Shown here: in pieces, positions 49,960 through 60,259 of the stretch
Position numbering within the stretch: the stretch's first letter is position 1
How the letters are laid out: every line of letters starts with the position of its first letter
Source of the DNA: Bdellovibrionota bacterium
Lineage (GTDB): Bacteria; Bdellovibrionota; UBA1018; CAIPTA01; JAALKR01
Assembly (NCBI GenBank): GCA_965207455.1
Contig: CBDBMJ010000001.1
Coordinates: 64,001 to 128,000 of the forward strand
Length of the DNA stretch: 64,000 nt
Direction of reading: 5' to 3'
Position numbers and translations under genes: made by a program
Notes under the pieces: generated by a model
The model's input: the letters and a program-made list of their open reading frames with translations, nothing else
Database searches by the model: none
Told to the model about the DNA's origin: nothing

Positions 49960-51927
49960 ATGATGAGGCGAGTTATAGAAATTAGGAAGAAAAAGCATCG
50001 CAGGATAATTATAGGTATTTTTTCCCTTTTGATTCTTATTGTTAGCACGCCTGCCGCAGCAAATAAGAGAAATTGTAAAGTTTTAGCTGAATCTTATGAT
50101 TCCAAACTATACAAATGTGAAAATGTGAAAGTTGCTATCTTGAAAGGAGATTTTTCCCAGCGAACAAAGGATATGGGAAGTTTTTTTAAGAGCAAGTATA
50201 TGTCTTCTGATGTTATCGATTACTATGGAAACTTTCTAGACGGTCAGGAGAAATTGATTGCGGCCCTTAAAAAGCGGGTAGGAAATATTAAATATGATGA
50301 TGATCTACTCGATTGGAAAATACATGCATTAAAGGGCGCTTCCATTGAACAATCTCTTTTTTATAATAGGTATTTTAATTATTTTAATGATAGATGGTCA
50401 ACGCTTATTTCTAATACAGCCAAAGCTTATGGTATAGATAATAGTAAATTCACCGATGCTGTAACCCTTCCTGATTATATTGCCATGTATATAGCAAATA
50501 CAAGAAACAGCCCTCTAGTAATACCACTCCCACAACTTGGCTGTACAAGTGTATATAAAAAAATAGGTAAAAGTTCATTCTATGGACGAAATTTAGATTA
50601 TTTTGGTACAGGAGCTTGGGATCACTATCCTTTACTAACAATACATATCCCAAAGGAAAAAGATAGATTGCCTTATGCCGCTGTTGGAGCGGAGGGATGG
50701 TCCTATGGAGGTGTTACAGGTGTAAATAAAGAAGGGATTTTTCTTGCACTCCACATGAATCCTACCGATGAAGTAGCTAACGATTCTCTGCCCGTAGTCT
50801 TAATTGGTGATCAGCTTTTACAAAAGGCAAAAACTTTGGAAGAGGCCATTAACTTTTTGAAGAAAGAAGAAAATAGACCTGGTTCCATATGGACCTTTGT
50901 TGTTGGCTCTATCAAGGAACAAAAAATTTCTGCAATAGAAATATCTAGAAATCATTTTCATGAGAGAAAAATGGAGGGCTCAACCTTTACACAAACAAAT
51001 CATTTACAAGGAGAGGATACTAAAAAACATGAATGGATGCGTTCTTCTGATCTTTACGATTCCAGAGCACGCTATGATCACGCTTTCCGTGCATTACAAA
51101 AAAACACTCCATCATTTAATATAAACAATATTATTGATATTCTAGGTTACCAAGAAAAAACAGGTCTTGCTCAACCAGGGGATATTGCAAAAAGCATAAC
51201 ATTACAAACCATGCTCTTGGAGGGAGATGAGCACGAAAGGAAAATTTATCTATCCATGGACCCTGCTCCAAGCCCCACTGGACGTTATTTGAAACTCTCG
51301 CTTAATGAACTGTTTGAAGGAAAGCCGTCCTATGAGGTTCTGGAATCTAGGTTTCTTGAAAAAAGGGAAAGCCAAGAACGGGCAACCCTTGCCGCAAAAA
51401 ATTATCAAACAGATCATGATTTTAATGCGACCATTGAAACATTGGAGGACACGAAAGCCAAAAATGATGGGACTCTCAATCCATCTGAGATGCTCCTGCT
51501 TGCTAGTGCGTACTATAATTTAGGTCAATATAAAGAGAGCTTAGAAATTACAAAAGAAATTAGCACAGATTCCCTAATAACAAGTCTTCGTCAAGGAGTT
51601 CAGAGGCTGCGACTTTTAAGTTTAGTATTGATGGAAAATGAATCCACACAGGAGACAAGGATGAAAATCCTCCGTCAAAGAAATCGGAAGCAACTACCTT
51701 TTGAACTCGTATTGATGGAAAATAAATTTACACAGGATGCGAAAAATTATGCCAAGGCTTTGAGTAAACAGGAAGATAATAATAATGATCTAGAGGAGTT
51801 GATCTATCATGTTACTTACTTAAAGCCGGAAGACTTAAGCATCAAGGCGATAGCTGCATACTATAGCTTTTCAGCCAATACACTAACAGAGGACTTTCAG
51901 TATTCGTATCCCTCACAAGAGGAGTGA
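49960..51927 (+). CDS. Secreted C45-family Ntn-hydrolase with a TPR-like C-terminus
   Basis: GCTS nucleophile site, GRNLDY, GVNKEG, QTNH, SRARY; start chosen from the AAAGGA RBS. Confidence 0.82.
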   Translation: MMRRVIEIRKKKHRRIIIGIFSLLILIVSTPAAANKRNCKVLAESYDSKLYKCENVKVAILKGDFSQRTKDMGSFFKSKYMSSDVIDYYGNFLDGQEKLIAALKKRVGNIKYDDDLLDWKIHALKGASIEQSLFYNRYFNYFNDRWSTLISNTAKAYGIDNSKFTDAVTLPDYIAMYIANTRNSPLVIPLPQLGCTSVYKKIGKSSFYGRNLDYFGTGAWDHYPLLTIHIPKEKDRLPYAAVGAEGWSYGGVTGVNKEGIFLALHMNPTDEVANDSLPVVLIGDQLLQKAKTLEEAINFLKKEENRPGSIWTFVVGSIKEQKISAIEISRNHFHERKMEGSTFTQTNHLQGEDTKKHEWMRSSDLYDSRARYDHAFRALQKNTPSFNINNIIDILGYQEKTGLAQPGDIAKSITLQTMLLEGDEHERKIYLSMDPAPSPTGRYLKLSLNELFEGKPSYEVLESRFLEKRESQERATLAAKNYQTDHDFNATIETLEDTKAKNDGTLNPSEMLLLASAYYNLGQYKESLEITKEISTDSLITSLRQGVQRLRLLSLVLMENESTQETRMKILRQRNRKQLPFELVLMENKFTQDAKNYAKALSKQEDNNNDLEELIYHVTYLKPEDLSIKAIAAYYSFSANTLTEDFQYSYPSQEE

Positions 51928-51990
51928 TTTTTTGGGCGGCTTTTTTTTTAGCTTTGCCCACTATTATTATTGTAAATAAATGGAGAAAGC

Positions 51991-54303
51991 ATGAAACCTA
52001 TAAGCAAATTAAAAAAATGGCTTAAAATATTTAGCTTGTCAGTGCTTGCTTTAATGAGCTTTTCAGAGGTGGGGCTGGCGGCGGTAGGCAAGAATCGCCC
52101 GAAAACTAAAGTTTTTCGCGATGATCGGTTAAGGAGTTTAACACTAGGGAAGTTGAAAGAAGCTGTCCTCAACAAACATTTTGAACGTATAAAACAAGCC
52201 GCTGGAGATAAGCTGTCGCATGGTCTAAATTTGATTTTTTCACCTACCAATAGGTCAAATAATTTGCGATTATTAGAAAATCCTGAACTTAGGGAAGATA
52301 GCCCGAAGGCTGCTGGTCGCTTTTTAGAAGCGGCTTTTCGTCAATTAGGTATTCCAATAGATATTGCCACCTCTAATATATTGAAAATTCTTGCAGAGAA
52401 ACCGGCAGTAAAAAAGGAATCAAATGCTCAAAGCAAGGGAGATACTCTAGCAAAATGGGACGCAAGAATGGAGGAGATTCTTACCTATCACATGGAATCT
52501 ATCCGTTCATTTCTTGGAGATGGATTGCTCTCTAAACGGTTGAAGGAGATCCTGTCCTCTAGTGACAAGAGAGTTGAGACTTTGAAAACTATAAAGCATA
52601 ATACAAATAAATTTCAAAGAAAAGATATTGGTGCCACAGCTAGGCTTTTATATAAGATACTTCTTAAAGAAGGTATTATTCGCGATATTCAAACCATGGA
52701 AGAAATGCAGATTGAGGTGAAGAGCATATTTGCTAAAATGTTTAAAGAGAGGATGAGAGTGGGCAAGTTAGAATATTTGAATTTTATGGATAATCCTACT
52801 AAACATGATGGAGAATCTCAAAATTCTCGCCATGCTTTTTGGCTACTCTATCAAAAGTCTAAAGCCTCCATAATTGGCCGCACAATTTTTATAGATACCC
52901 CCTTGGGGGGAAAGCAGAATGCAGTGGTTCTTAATATAGAGAAAGAGGATTCTGCTGAAGATAAATTGATTATTTTAAGTAATAGAGGCAGAAGATTTTT
53001 AAGGAAAATGACTGCTGTTCCTGAAAATCTTTCTATTATTAGTTTGGCTAAAGAAGCTAAAATGATATCGAATGCTCGATTAAGTTTTATGGAGAACTAC
53101 TATAATGGTAGAGATATTAATAACAGGCTTGTCTCGTTTGGTTATAGAGAGAGAAATGCTGTCCACACTGTTTGGAGAGAGGGTGAGGGAATACTTACTA
53201 AATTATCGAGTGGAAAATTACAATTAACAACATCTGTGGGCAGGAAATTACTGTTTGATCCGGAATCTGTTGAGCTTGGTATTTTCTACTTCCTTACAGA
53301 AAGAAAAGTTATTGATGGAGAGAATAAAAAAATTATCAGTAATGATTTCAAGCCTTCGCATGATTTTAAGAAAATTTATGAGACTGGAGTTATTGAAGGA
53401 AATGAGCGCTATGTCTGGGTATTGGATAGGAGTCGTCAGGAGGATATATTTTACAGAAAAGTGAGCACACTAGACAATGGAAGAAAAGTGTTTAGTGTGG
53501 TTGATGGAAAAATAATAGATGGGATAGTAACAGGGCTAAAAGATGGAGCTTTGATAGTAACAACAGTAGAGAGCAAAGAACTAATATTTACCAAAGAAGA
53601 TATTCATCTTGTGGGTTTGAGCGAAACGGCTAGAAAGCATTACCAAATCTATGAGAGTATTCGGTCAGATTTTTTGAATGGGTCTATTCGTGAGGAAAAT
53701 AGATATGTCATGGTACCTGATAAGAGCGACCCAAAGCCTTGGCATCGATCCATGGGAGAAGTGATAGGAATAAAAGATGAAAAATTGATCATTAAAATAG
53801 CCTCAGGTAAAGAACTGGCATTTTCCCTAGAGGAACTTCATTTTATTCGAACAAACGAGGCTGCTAGAAAGCATTACAAAGTAAAGTTAGAGAAGAAGCG
53901 CAGAGCTGATCTACATACTCGAGAACTAGAAAGTCAATTAAAAATAGATTCTATGAAGAATGCTGCTCATAGAAAACTTAAGAATGTAACAGATGCAATA
54001 AATGCTTTCAATAGGCAAAATTTTTCTGGAGATATGAAATTTGTCTTGCTCAATCGGCATGCAGTCGAAATCGACGGCTATAATGATCAGAGCAAGAGGG
54101 ATACATTTGGAAAGATTGAGAAGGTAAACCCTCTTGCTTTGCAGGTAAAAATAGAAGATGGTGGATCAATTTATGTTTATAGAAGGCATATTGAACGCGG
54201 TCTTCTCATTGCAGGATCTCTGGAGGCTAAAGAGTATTTTGAGAATTTAGAGAGGAATGAAACGATAAGCCAATCGAAAGTAGATCCTAGTGAAGAACGT
54301 TGA
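51991..54303 (+). CDS. Large secreted hypothetical protein with repeated beta-rich modules
   Basis: 770-aa ORF with signal peptide and GGAG RBS; recurring G-x-I...R-Y-V...K-L-x-(I/V)...L-x-F modules. Confidence 0.82.
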   Translation: MKPISKLKKWLKIFSLSVLALMSFSEVGLAAVGKNRPKTKVFRDDRLRSLTLGKLKEAVLNKHFERIKQAAGDKLSHGLNLIFSPTNRSNNLRLLENPELREDSPKAAGRFLEAAFRQLGIPIDIATSNILKILAEKPAVKKESNAQSKGDTLAKWDARMEEILTYHMESIRSFLGDGLLSKRLKEILSSSDKRVETLKTIKHNTNKFQRKDIGATARLLYKILLKEGIIRDIQTMEEMQIEVKSIFAKMFKERMRVGKLEYLNFMDNPTKHDGESQNSRHAFWLLYQKSKASIIGRTIFIDTPLGGKQNAVVLNIEKEDSAEDKLIILSNRGRRFLRKMTAVPENLSIISLAKEAKMISNARLSFMENYYNGRDINNRLVSFGYRERNAVHTVWREGEGILTKLSSGKLQLTTSVGRKLLFDPESVELGIFYFLTERKVIDGENKKIISNDFKPSHDFKKIYETGVIEGNERYVWVLDRSRQEDIFYRKVSTLDNGRKVFSVVDGKIIDGIVTGLKDGALIVTTVESKELIFTKEDIHLVGLSETARKHYQIYESIRSDFLNGSIREENRYVMVPDKSDPKPWHRSMGEVIGIKDEKLIIKIASGKELAFSLEELHFIRTNEAARKHYKVKLEKKRRADLHTRELESQLKIDSMKNAAHRKLKNVTDAINAFNRQNFSGDMKFVLLNRHAVEIDGYNDQSKRDTFGKIEKVNPLALQVKIEDGGSIYVYRRHIERGLLIAGSLEAKEYFENLERNETISQSKVDPSEER

Positions 54304-54556
54304 AGATTAAGGCTTGAGATGAATAATAGAAATATGAGACATAAATCCAGGCACAACAGGAGGAGCGGGAGCAGAAAGCTAGAAAGGAACTAGATGAGGG
54401 CAAATATAATGGGGAGAAATATAAGATAGAATTCACTAGAACCTCACGAGTTTATAGAGGGCAAGTTAGAAGGCAGGGAGGAGGGATCAGTGCTGGTCCT
54501 TCTGTCGTGGACCTAATAGGGGGAGGTATTGCTACAGGTGCAGCCATACTTTTATT

Positions 54557-55612
54557 TTAGGAGATTTTTTTGCCTTCTAGCCAAGTCACATATTGTTCGA
54601 TGCCTTCCTCTAGGCTTAAAAATGTTTGGTTGTAGCCAGCGTTTTTGAGTTTTGTCATTTCAGCTTGTGTGTAGTATTGGTAGGACTCCCTGTATTGTGT
54701 TGGAGTGTCTATCCACTTCACTTGTAACTCTTTTTTTAAACAAGCAAACAAGGATTCCACCATGGAGTAAAAAGTGCGAGCTTTTCCAGACCCGCAGTTA
54801 TAGATCCCAGAGGGTGGTTGTTTGGTGTGGAGAAACTCCATTACATTCACCACATCTTGTACAAAAATAAAATCCCGTTGTTGTTCTCCGTCGGAAATTC
54901 CTTCCTTGTGGGATCGGAACAGAGGGCATGCATTTGTTTTTTGGATGGACTGGTAGCTATGATAGATCGTACTTGCCATGGAACCCTTATGGGATTCATG
55001 GGGACCAAAAACATTAAAGAACTTTACACCATACCAGCATGGTGGCGTGGCTTGCTTTGTTTTTACTTGTTCCAATACCCATTGATCAAATTCTTGTTTG
55101 GAGATGGCGTAGGGGTTTAGGGGCTGGAGCTGGGAGACGAGTTTATGGTCGTCGGAAAAACCAAACTCCCCTAATCCATACGTGGCAGCACTGCTGGCAT
55201 AAAGAAAGGGCACACCCTCCCGGGCACACCATTGCCATAACAACTTGGAGTACTCCGTATTCCATTGGCGCATTTCTTCCATATCTCGCTCCCGGCTGGT
55301 GTCCGTGATGGCACCAATATGGAATAGGGCTTGGATTTCCTCTCCCTCAGGGATGAGGTTTTGGGTTGCCTTGGTGCTCGATTTTTGAGCTTTTTGTAGA
55401 ATTTGGGGGAAGTAGGTATGGTCCACAATTGTATGGGGAGAGGATGGGCTGAGGGCTTTGGCCCTGTCCCAGTCGCTGAGTTGGGGCACACCAAAATAAT
55501 GGTTTTTACGGAAGGCCTCAGGGCTGTCGACGAGAAGGAGCCTATGATTATCCCCAAGGCGCTTGGCCAGTTGACTTCCAATAAATCCAGCAGATCCGGT
55601 GAGAATGAGCAT
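54557..55612 (-). CDS. rfaD: ADP-L-glycero-D-manno-heptose 6-epimerase
   Basis: TGSAGFIG, YASSAATYG, PLNPYAISK, FFNVFGPHESHKG, QRDFIFV, YQYYT. Confidence 0.93.
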   Translation of the reverse strand: MLILTGSAGFIGSQLAKRLGDNHRLLLVDSPEAFRKNHYFGVPQLSDWDRAKALSPSSPHTIVDHTYFPQILQKAQKSSTKATQNLIPEGEEIQALFHIGAITDTSRERDMEEMRQWNTEYSKLLWQWCAREGVPFLYASSAATYGLGEFGFSDDHKLVSQLQPLNPYAISKQEFDQWVLEQVKTKQATPPCWYGVKFFNVFGPHESHKGSMASTIYHSYQSIQKTNACPLFRSHKEGISDGEQQRDFIFVQDVVNVMEFLHTKQPPSGIYNCGSGKARTFYSMVESLFACLKKELQVKWIDTPTQYRESYQYYTQAEMTKLKNAGYNQTFLSLEEGIEQYVTWLEGKKIS

Positions 55613-55716
55613 GGGTGTATATTTCCCCAGTCAAGACATCGAGTCAAGGCATATTGTCAAACTGAGTATTGTGTTGCGTATTCTCGGAGCCCCCTGTTTG
55701 TGCTATATCTATTTAA

Positions 55717-57600
55717 ATGTCTATAAAAATTTTAGAGAGTATGCTTGCCGACCAGATTGCTGCTGGGGAAGTGTTGGATCGTCCTGGTGCAGCAGTAAAA
55801 GAGCTGATAGAGAATAGTATTGACGGTGGTGCGGATCAGATTACGATTTTTTTGGAAAAGGGTGGTCAGCGGCTTATTGAAGTTCAGGATAACGGCAGGG
55901 GAATTCCTTCAGAGGAGTTGCCGCTGGCAATAATGCGTCACGCTACCAGTAAGATTTCCGCTCTTTCGGACCTAAGCACCATTTCCACGATGGGGTTTCG
56001 AGGGGAGGCTTTGGCAGCCATCAGTGCCGTTAGTCGCTTTTCCATTTCCTCCTGTACGGGAGAGGGATCAGGTCGTTCTTTGACCTGTGAGGCCTCCACC
56101 ATTATCGACGACACAACAAAAGTGCGAACCCATGGGACGACCATACGGGTGGAAAATCTATATTTTAATACCCCCGTGCGGAAGAAATTTTTGAATAGTT
56201 TGTCCTCGGAGACCAACTATTGCAAGCAAATGGTTTTGCGTATGGCTCTGGGTAACTCAGGTTGTGGATTTACCCTTCATATAGACGGAAAAAAGATTTT
56301 TTCCTTTCCAAAGCAAGAGGAAAAATCTCGTGTGTATGATTTATTTACCCAAGGTCTCCATGTACCGTTAGAGGGAAAAAAAGAACTTCTTTCTTTTTAT
56401 CATACAAAAGACGGCACTACCCTTTCGGGTTATGTCCTTCCCATGAAATATTGTTTGCCCACTTCACGAAGTATGTTTACTTTCGTAAACAGGAGGCTTG
56501 TGCGAGACAAGGTTTTACAACAAGCCATTCTTAGCGCTTCTCGGGAAGTACTATTTGGAAAAGAGTATCCCCAGTTGGTACTTTTTTTAGAAATTGATCC
56601 AAAGAGGGTGGACGTGAACGTGCATCCGACTAAATCGGAACTGCGCTTTCACGATCCTAGCCCCTTTCGTTTTGTTTACAATTCTCTTTTAGCCACGTTA
56701 GCCCATCTTCGCCTGCCGACGAACTTAGAGCATACGATGGATACAGAGTCAGAAACCACAGTACCCATGGATCAGATAGGGATGCCTCCCAGGGCATTTG
56801 GTCCAATGATCGTTGCCCCAAGTACGTCAGTAACGAGAGGAATGGAAGCGATGGGAGGAATGGAAGGCTTTTCCCACTCCTCGCCTCCTCAGGTGCAGTT
56901 TCAAAACCCTCGGCTTGCCTCATTTGATATTGATTTTGGTCGACAGTATGAGCAAAAATCCCCATTAACGCCCATACCAACAAGTGGGAAAAATATTCCC
57001 ATGTTTTTAGGAACCATAAAAAACACCTATCTTGTTTGCCAAGATATGGATGGACTCCTGCTTGTGGATCAGCATGCAGCCCACGAACGGGTGATCTATG
57101 AGCGCTTACGTCAGGAGCATTTGGAAAAAAATCTCCACTCCGCTCCTCTCCTTATTCCCATTGTAGTGGAGTTAAATCCAGACCAACTCAATATACTGGA
57201 AAAGAAATTTTCAGAACTCACCCGTGTGGGATTGTATTTGGATCGCATAGCCTCTTCACAGGTGCGTATTACGGAACTGCCCTCACTGCTGTTGGATAAA
57301 GAGGGAAGCCCCAGGGTTGCTTTGCACACCCTCATCCAAAAGCTTGCGGACGTATTAGAGGAACATTCCGAAACAGAACTTTTAATCCATACCGTACAGC
57401 GGGTTCTTTTGGATGTAATTGCCAGCCAGAGTTGTCATTCTTCTGTGCGAGCGGGGCAAACCCTTTCCCCCTTGGAGGCAAATGCCCTATTGGAGCAGAT
57501 GCAGGAGACGGACTATGGAGCTCATTGTCCCCATGGTCGTCCCACCAGTGTGCGCCTTAGTTGGAAAGACATTGAAAAACTATTTAAGCGAATCTCGTAA
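55717..57600 (+). CDS. mutL: DNA mismatch repair protein MutL
   Basis: IAAGEV, GFRGEAL, VDVNVHPTK, DQHAAHER, CPHGRP. Confidence 0.97.
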   Translation: MSIKILESMLADQIAAGEVLDRPGAAVKELIENSIDGGADQITIFLEKGGQRLIEVQDNGRGIPSEELPLAIMRHATSKISALSDLSTISTMGFRGEALAAISAVSRFSISSCTGEGSGRSLTCEASTIIDDTTKVRTHGTTIRVENLYFNTPVRKKFLNSLSSETNYCKQMVLRMALGNSGCGFTLHIDGKKIFSFPKQEEKSRVYDLFTQGLHVPLEGKKELLSFYHTKDGTTLSGYVLPMKYCLPTSRSMFTFVNRRLVRDKVLQQAILSASREVLFGKEYPQLVLFLEIDPKRVDVNVHPTKSELRFHDPSPFRFVYNSLLATLAHLRLPTNLEHTMDTESETTVPMDQIGMPPRAFGPMIVAPSTSVTRGMEAMGGMEGFSHSSPPQVQFQNPRLASFDIDFGRQYEQKSPLTPIPTSGKNIPMFLGTIKNTYLVCQDMDGLLLVDQHAAHERVIYERLRQEHLEKNLHSAPLLIPIVVELNPDQLNILEKKFSELTRVGLYLDRIASSQVRITELPSLLLDKEGSPRVALHTLIQKLADVLEEHSETELLIHTVQRVLLDVIASQSCHSSVRAGQTLSPLEANALLEQMQETDYGAHCPHGRPTSVRLSWKDIEKLFKRIS

Positions 57601-58545
57601 ATGGAAAAAATTATTTTCGTTACAGGTCCAACAGGTTCTGGCAAAAGTGAATTTGCTTTAGATTTGGTGAAAGATCTCGCGGCTAAAAATAAATCAAGTG
57701 AAATTATTTCAGCCGATTCCATAGCTATTTTTCGAAAGTTTAATATAGGTACGGCAAAGCCGTCCCCAGAGTTGCGTGCCCAGGTGCCTCACCATTTGAT
57801 TGATATTTGCGACCCTGAGGCGGAGTTTACCGTCGGTGATTTCGTTCGATCAGCCGACCCTATTATTTCTCGACTGCATGGTGAAAATAAAATTCCCATA
57901 GTGGTGGGAGGAAGCGGTTTTTATATCCAAGCACTGCTCCAGGGAATGGCCATAGAGGGAGCGGAAAGCATAGAGGAAAAAACAAAATGGGACTTGCACT
58001 ATAAGGAGCGTTTGTGTGAAGAGGGAATGGATGTACTCTACCAGGAGATGATTTCCCAAGATCCCATTTTATGGACAAAAATAGATAGGAACGATACCTA
58101 CCGCATCCTTCGTGCCCTAGTTGCCATGAAAATAACGAAAAAGAAATGGAGTGAGTTAAATAAGAAAGCACAAGCACGAAAGCCTCGCTACAAAAACTAT
58201 TCTTTTTTTTGCTTCGACCTTCCCCGTGAAGAACTGCAAAATAAGATCCAGCAGCGAACGAAAAAAATGTTATCTCAAGGATTGCTAGATGAAGTTCAAG
58301 ACCTTTTAGCCCAAGGAGTACCCAAAGATTGCAAGCCATTTCAAAGTGTGGGTTACCGGGAATGTGTGAACTGTATGGAAAAAAATGTAACCATAACAGA
58401 TACCACTGAGGTAGAAAAAGAGATTGTACAGGCAACCATGCGTTTGGTGAAACAGCAGCGTACCTGGTTTCGTGCCCGGGCCTCAAATCCAATTTGGATT
58501 CATTCCCAGCATGATATGTTGTATGGAAGAGGGCTTATTCTTTGA
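57601..58545 (+). CDS. miaA: tRNA dimethylallyltransferase
   Basis: GPTGSGKS, ISADS, IGTAKP, VGGSGFY, QRTWF. Confidence 0.96.
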   Translation: MEKIIFVTGPTGSGKSEFALDLVKDLAAKNKSSEIISADSIAIFRKFNIGTAKPSPELRAQVPHHLIDICDPEAEFTVGDFVRSADPIISRLHGENKIPIVVGGSGFYIQALLQGMAIEGAESIEEKTKWDLHYKERLCEEGMDVLYQEMISQDPILWTKIDRNDTYRILRALVAMKITKKKWSELNKKAQARKPRYKNYSFFCFDLPREELQNKIQQRTKKMLSQGLLDEVQDLLAQGVPKDCKPFQSVGYRECVNCMEKNVTITDTTEVEKEIVQATMRLVKQQRTWFRARASNPIWIHSQHDMLYGRGLIL

Positions 58546-59393
58546 AAGATAGTTTAAAAATTATTATTATTTCCGACGGCACGGGAGAAACAGCCTCATT
58601 GATTGCGAATGCCGCTGTTTTGCAGTTTGCGGATAAAGAGATTGAAATTACCCGTTATAAAAATATTCGCTCCAAAACCCAAATTCAAGCTATTTTCCAA
58701 GATGCAGTGAAGAGGTGTAATCTTATCGCATACACCATTGTGTCCCCGGACCTATGTTTTTTAATTGAGGAAGAGGCCAGTGATGCTGATTTGCCCACCG
58801 TGAACTTGCTGAGTCCCATCATCAATGCCATGAGCCTATTTTTTGAAACAAAACCCATGGAAGAGCCGGGCCTATTTCACCAAGTGGATGATAATTACTA
58901 CCGACGTATTGGAGCCATGGAGTACACCATTAAGCACGATGACGGCAAGGACTATTCGCGCCTAGATAAGGCTGATATTATTTTACTAGGTATTTCCCGC
59001 ACCTCCAAAACTCCCCTTTCCATGTTTCTTTCCCATCAAGGTTGGCGAGTTTGTAATATCCCTATCATTAAGGATATTCCCATTCCTCAGGAAGTACATG
59101 CCGTTCCTCCTGAAAAAATTGTAGCCCTTACTATTCAAGCAGACATTTTACAATCCATTCGTAAGGCACGCCTGGGGCGTTTGGGAAAAACACTAAGCAG
59201 TAAACAAAATGAACAATACACGAGCCTAGAGAGTATTAGCGACGAAATTGAATACGCAAATCTTATTTTTCGTCAAAACAGGGGTTGGCCTGTCCTGGAT
59301 GTTTCAGGAAAAGCACTGGAAGAAATAGCCATGGAAATACATAAAATTATGACTATGCGAAAGAAACTATCTAAACTAGGAAAGAAAAATTGA
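58542..59393 (+). CDS. ppsR: PEP synthase/PPDK regulatory kinase-pyrophosphorylase (DUF299)
   Basis: ISDGTGETA, HDDG, GISRTSKTPLS. Confidence 0.92.
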   Translation: MKDSLKIIIISDGTGETASLIANAAVLQFADKEIEITRYKNIRSKTQIQAIFQDAVKRCNLIAYTIVSPDLCFLIEEEASDADLPTVNLLSPIINAMSLFFETKPMEEPGLFHQVDDNYYRRIGAMEYTIKHDDGKDYSRLDKADIILLGISRTSKTPLSMFLSHQGWRVCNIPIIKDIPIPQEVHAVPPEKIVALTIQADILQSIRKARLGRLGKTLSSKQNEQYTSLESISDEIEYANLIFRQNRGWPVLDVSGKALEEIAMEIHKIMTMRKKLSKLGKKN

Positions 59394-60259
59394 CCCCTGT
59401 AACTTTCTCCGTGGTAATGGGACTATGCCTTTGTAATATTCTTTGGTCCTTGAATCCCGTGATGGGCAAGTGGTTGTTAGAGGATTTTTCCGCTGCCCAT
59501 GCAGCTTGGTTGCGCTATGGAACCGCCTGGCTTGCTATCCTTCCACTTCTTTTTTGGAAAAAATTACCAAAACTTCCCACCCAATCCTCCCACTATTTTT
59601 TATTCCTCCTACTGGGGCTTCTTACCTTTGCCTTAACTCCCATGTTTCAAGCCCAAGGGCTGGATGCCTCCCAAGCTACAGACAATTCCTTAATCATCGC
59701 CCTAGAACCACTGGCAACGGTGGCACTGGCTTGTATTTTTCTTGGAGAGCGTCTTCTGCGCCACCACTATATTTCATTCTTCTTTGGAATACTGGGCTTC
59801 ACTCTCCTTAGTCAATCCGACTACGCTTGGGGAAACCTACTCCTGCTTCTTTCCATTATTGGAGAGAGTGGCTATAGCGTTATTACACGAAAGCTTTTGC
59901 CACACTATAAACCTGTGACGGTCATGGGCCTTGGACTCACAGTGGGAATAGTTCTCCTTTCTTTTTTTGTCCTCTACCGGGAGGGCCTACCCTCCTTAGG
60001 AAACTTTCACTTGAAAAGTCTCCTAGCTCTTCTATGGCTGGGGCCCATAGGAACCACACTTACCTATCTCTATTGGACATTTATTTTGGCACGAAAAATA
60101 CCGATTGCAGGGATTGCCGTATTTTTATTTATACAGCCGTTATTGGGCCTTGTCTGGGGTCACTTTATGCTGGGAGATTATTTAAGCCCCATCAATATTC
60201 TGGGCATCGCACTCATTCTTATGGCAATTGCTTGGCAAGTACGCTTCCTAAAGGCGTGA
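59390..60259 (+). CDS. DMT/EamA family transporter
   Basis: Ten TM segments arranged as two EamA repeats. Confidence 0.88.
   Translation: MTPVTFSVVMGLCLCNILWSLNPVMGKWLLEDFSAAHAAWLRYGTAWLAILPLLFWKKLPKLPTQSSHYFLFLLLGLLTFALTPMFQAQGLDASQATDNSLIIALEPLATVALACIFLGERLLRHHYISFFFGILGFTLLSQSDYAWGNLLLLLSIIGESGYSVITRKLLPHYKPVTVMGLGLTVGIVLLSFFVLYREGLPSLGNFHLKSLLALLWLGPIGTTLTYLYWTFILARKIPIAGIAVFLFIQPLLGLVWGHFMLGDYLSPINILGIALILMAIAWQVRFLKA

Larger units (their letters stand above)
38307..54520. mobile_element. tRNA-Ala-anchored genomic island or accessory region (right boundary uncertain)
   Basis: Integrase next to the tRNA 3' end, visibly AT-richer DNA, IS remnants and orphan genes until housekeeping rfaD/mutL resumes. 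Confidence 0.7.

Noticed and set aside
38307..54556. Direct repeat of the tRNA 3' end marking attR
   Set aside because: No copy of GGGTCCACCA seen by eye, so the right boundary is left uncertain; AGACCAACGCAAAACACCGAAC at 46221 is too weak to call
57863..58492. 209-aa antisense ORF, and similar short ORFs overlapping known genes
   Set aside because: Shadow frames of well-supported genes such as miaA
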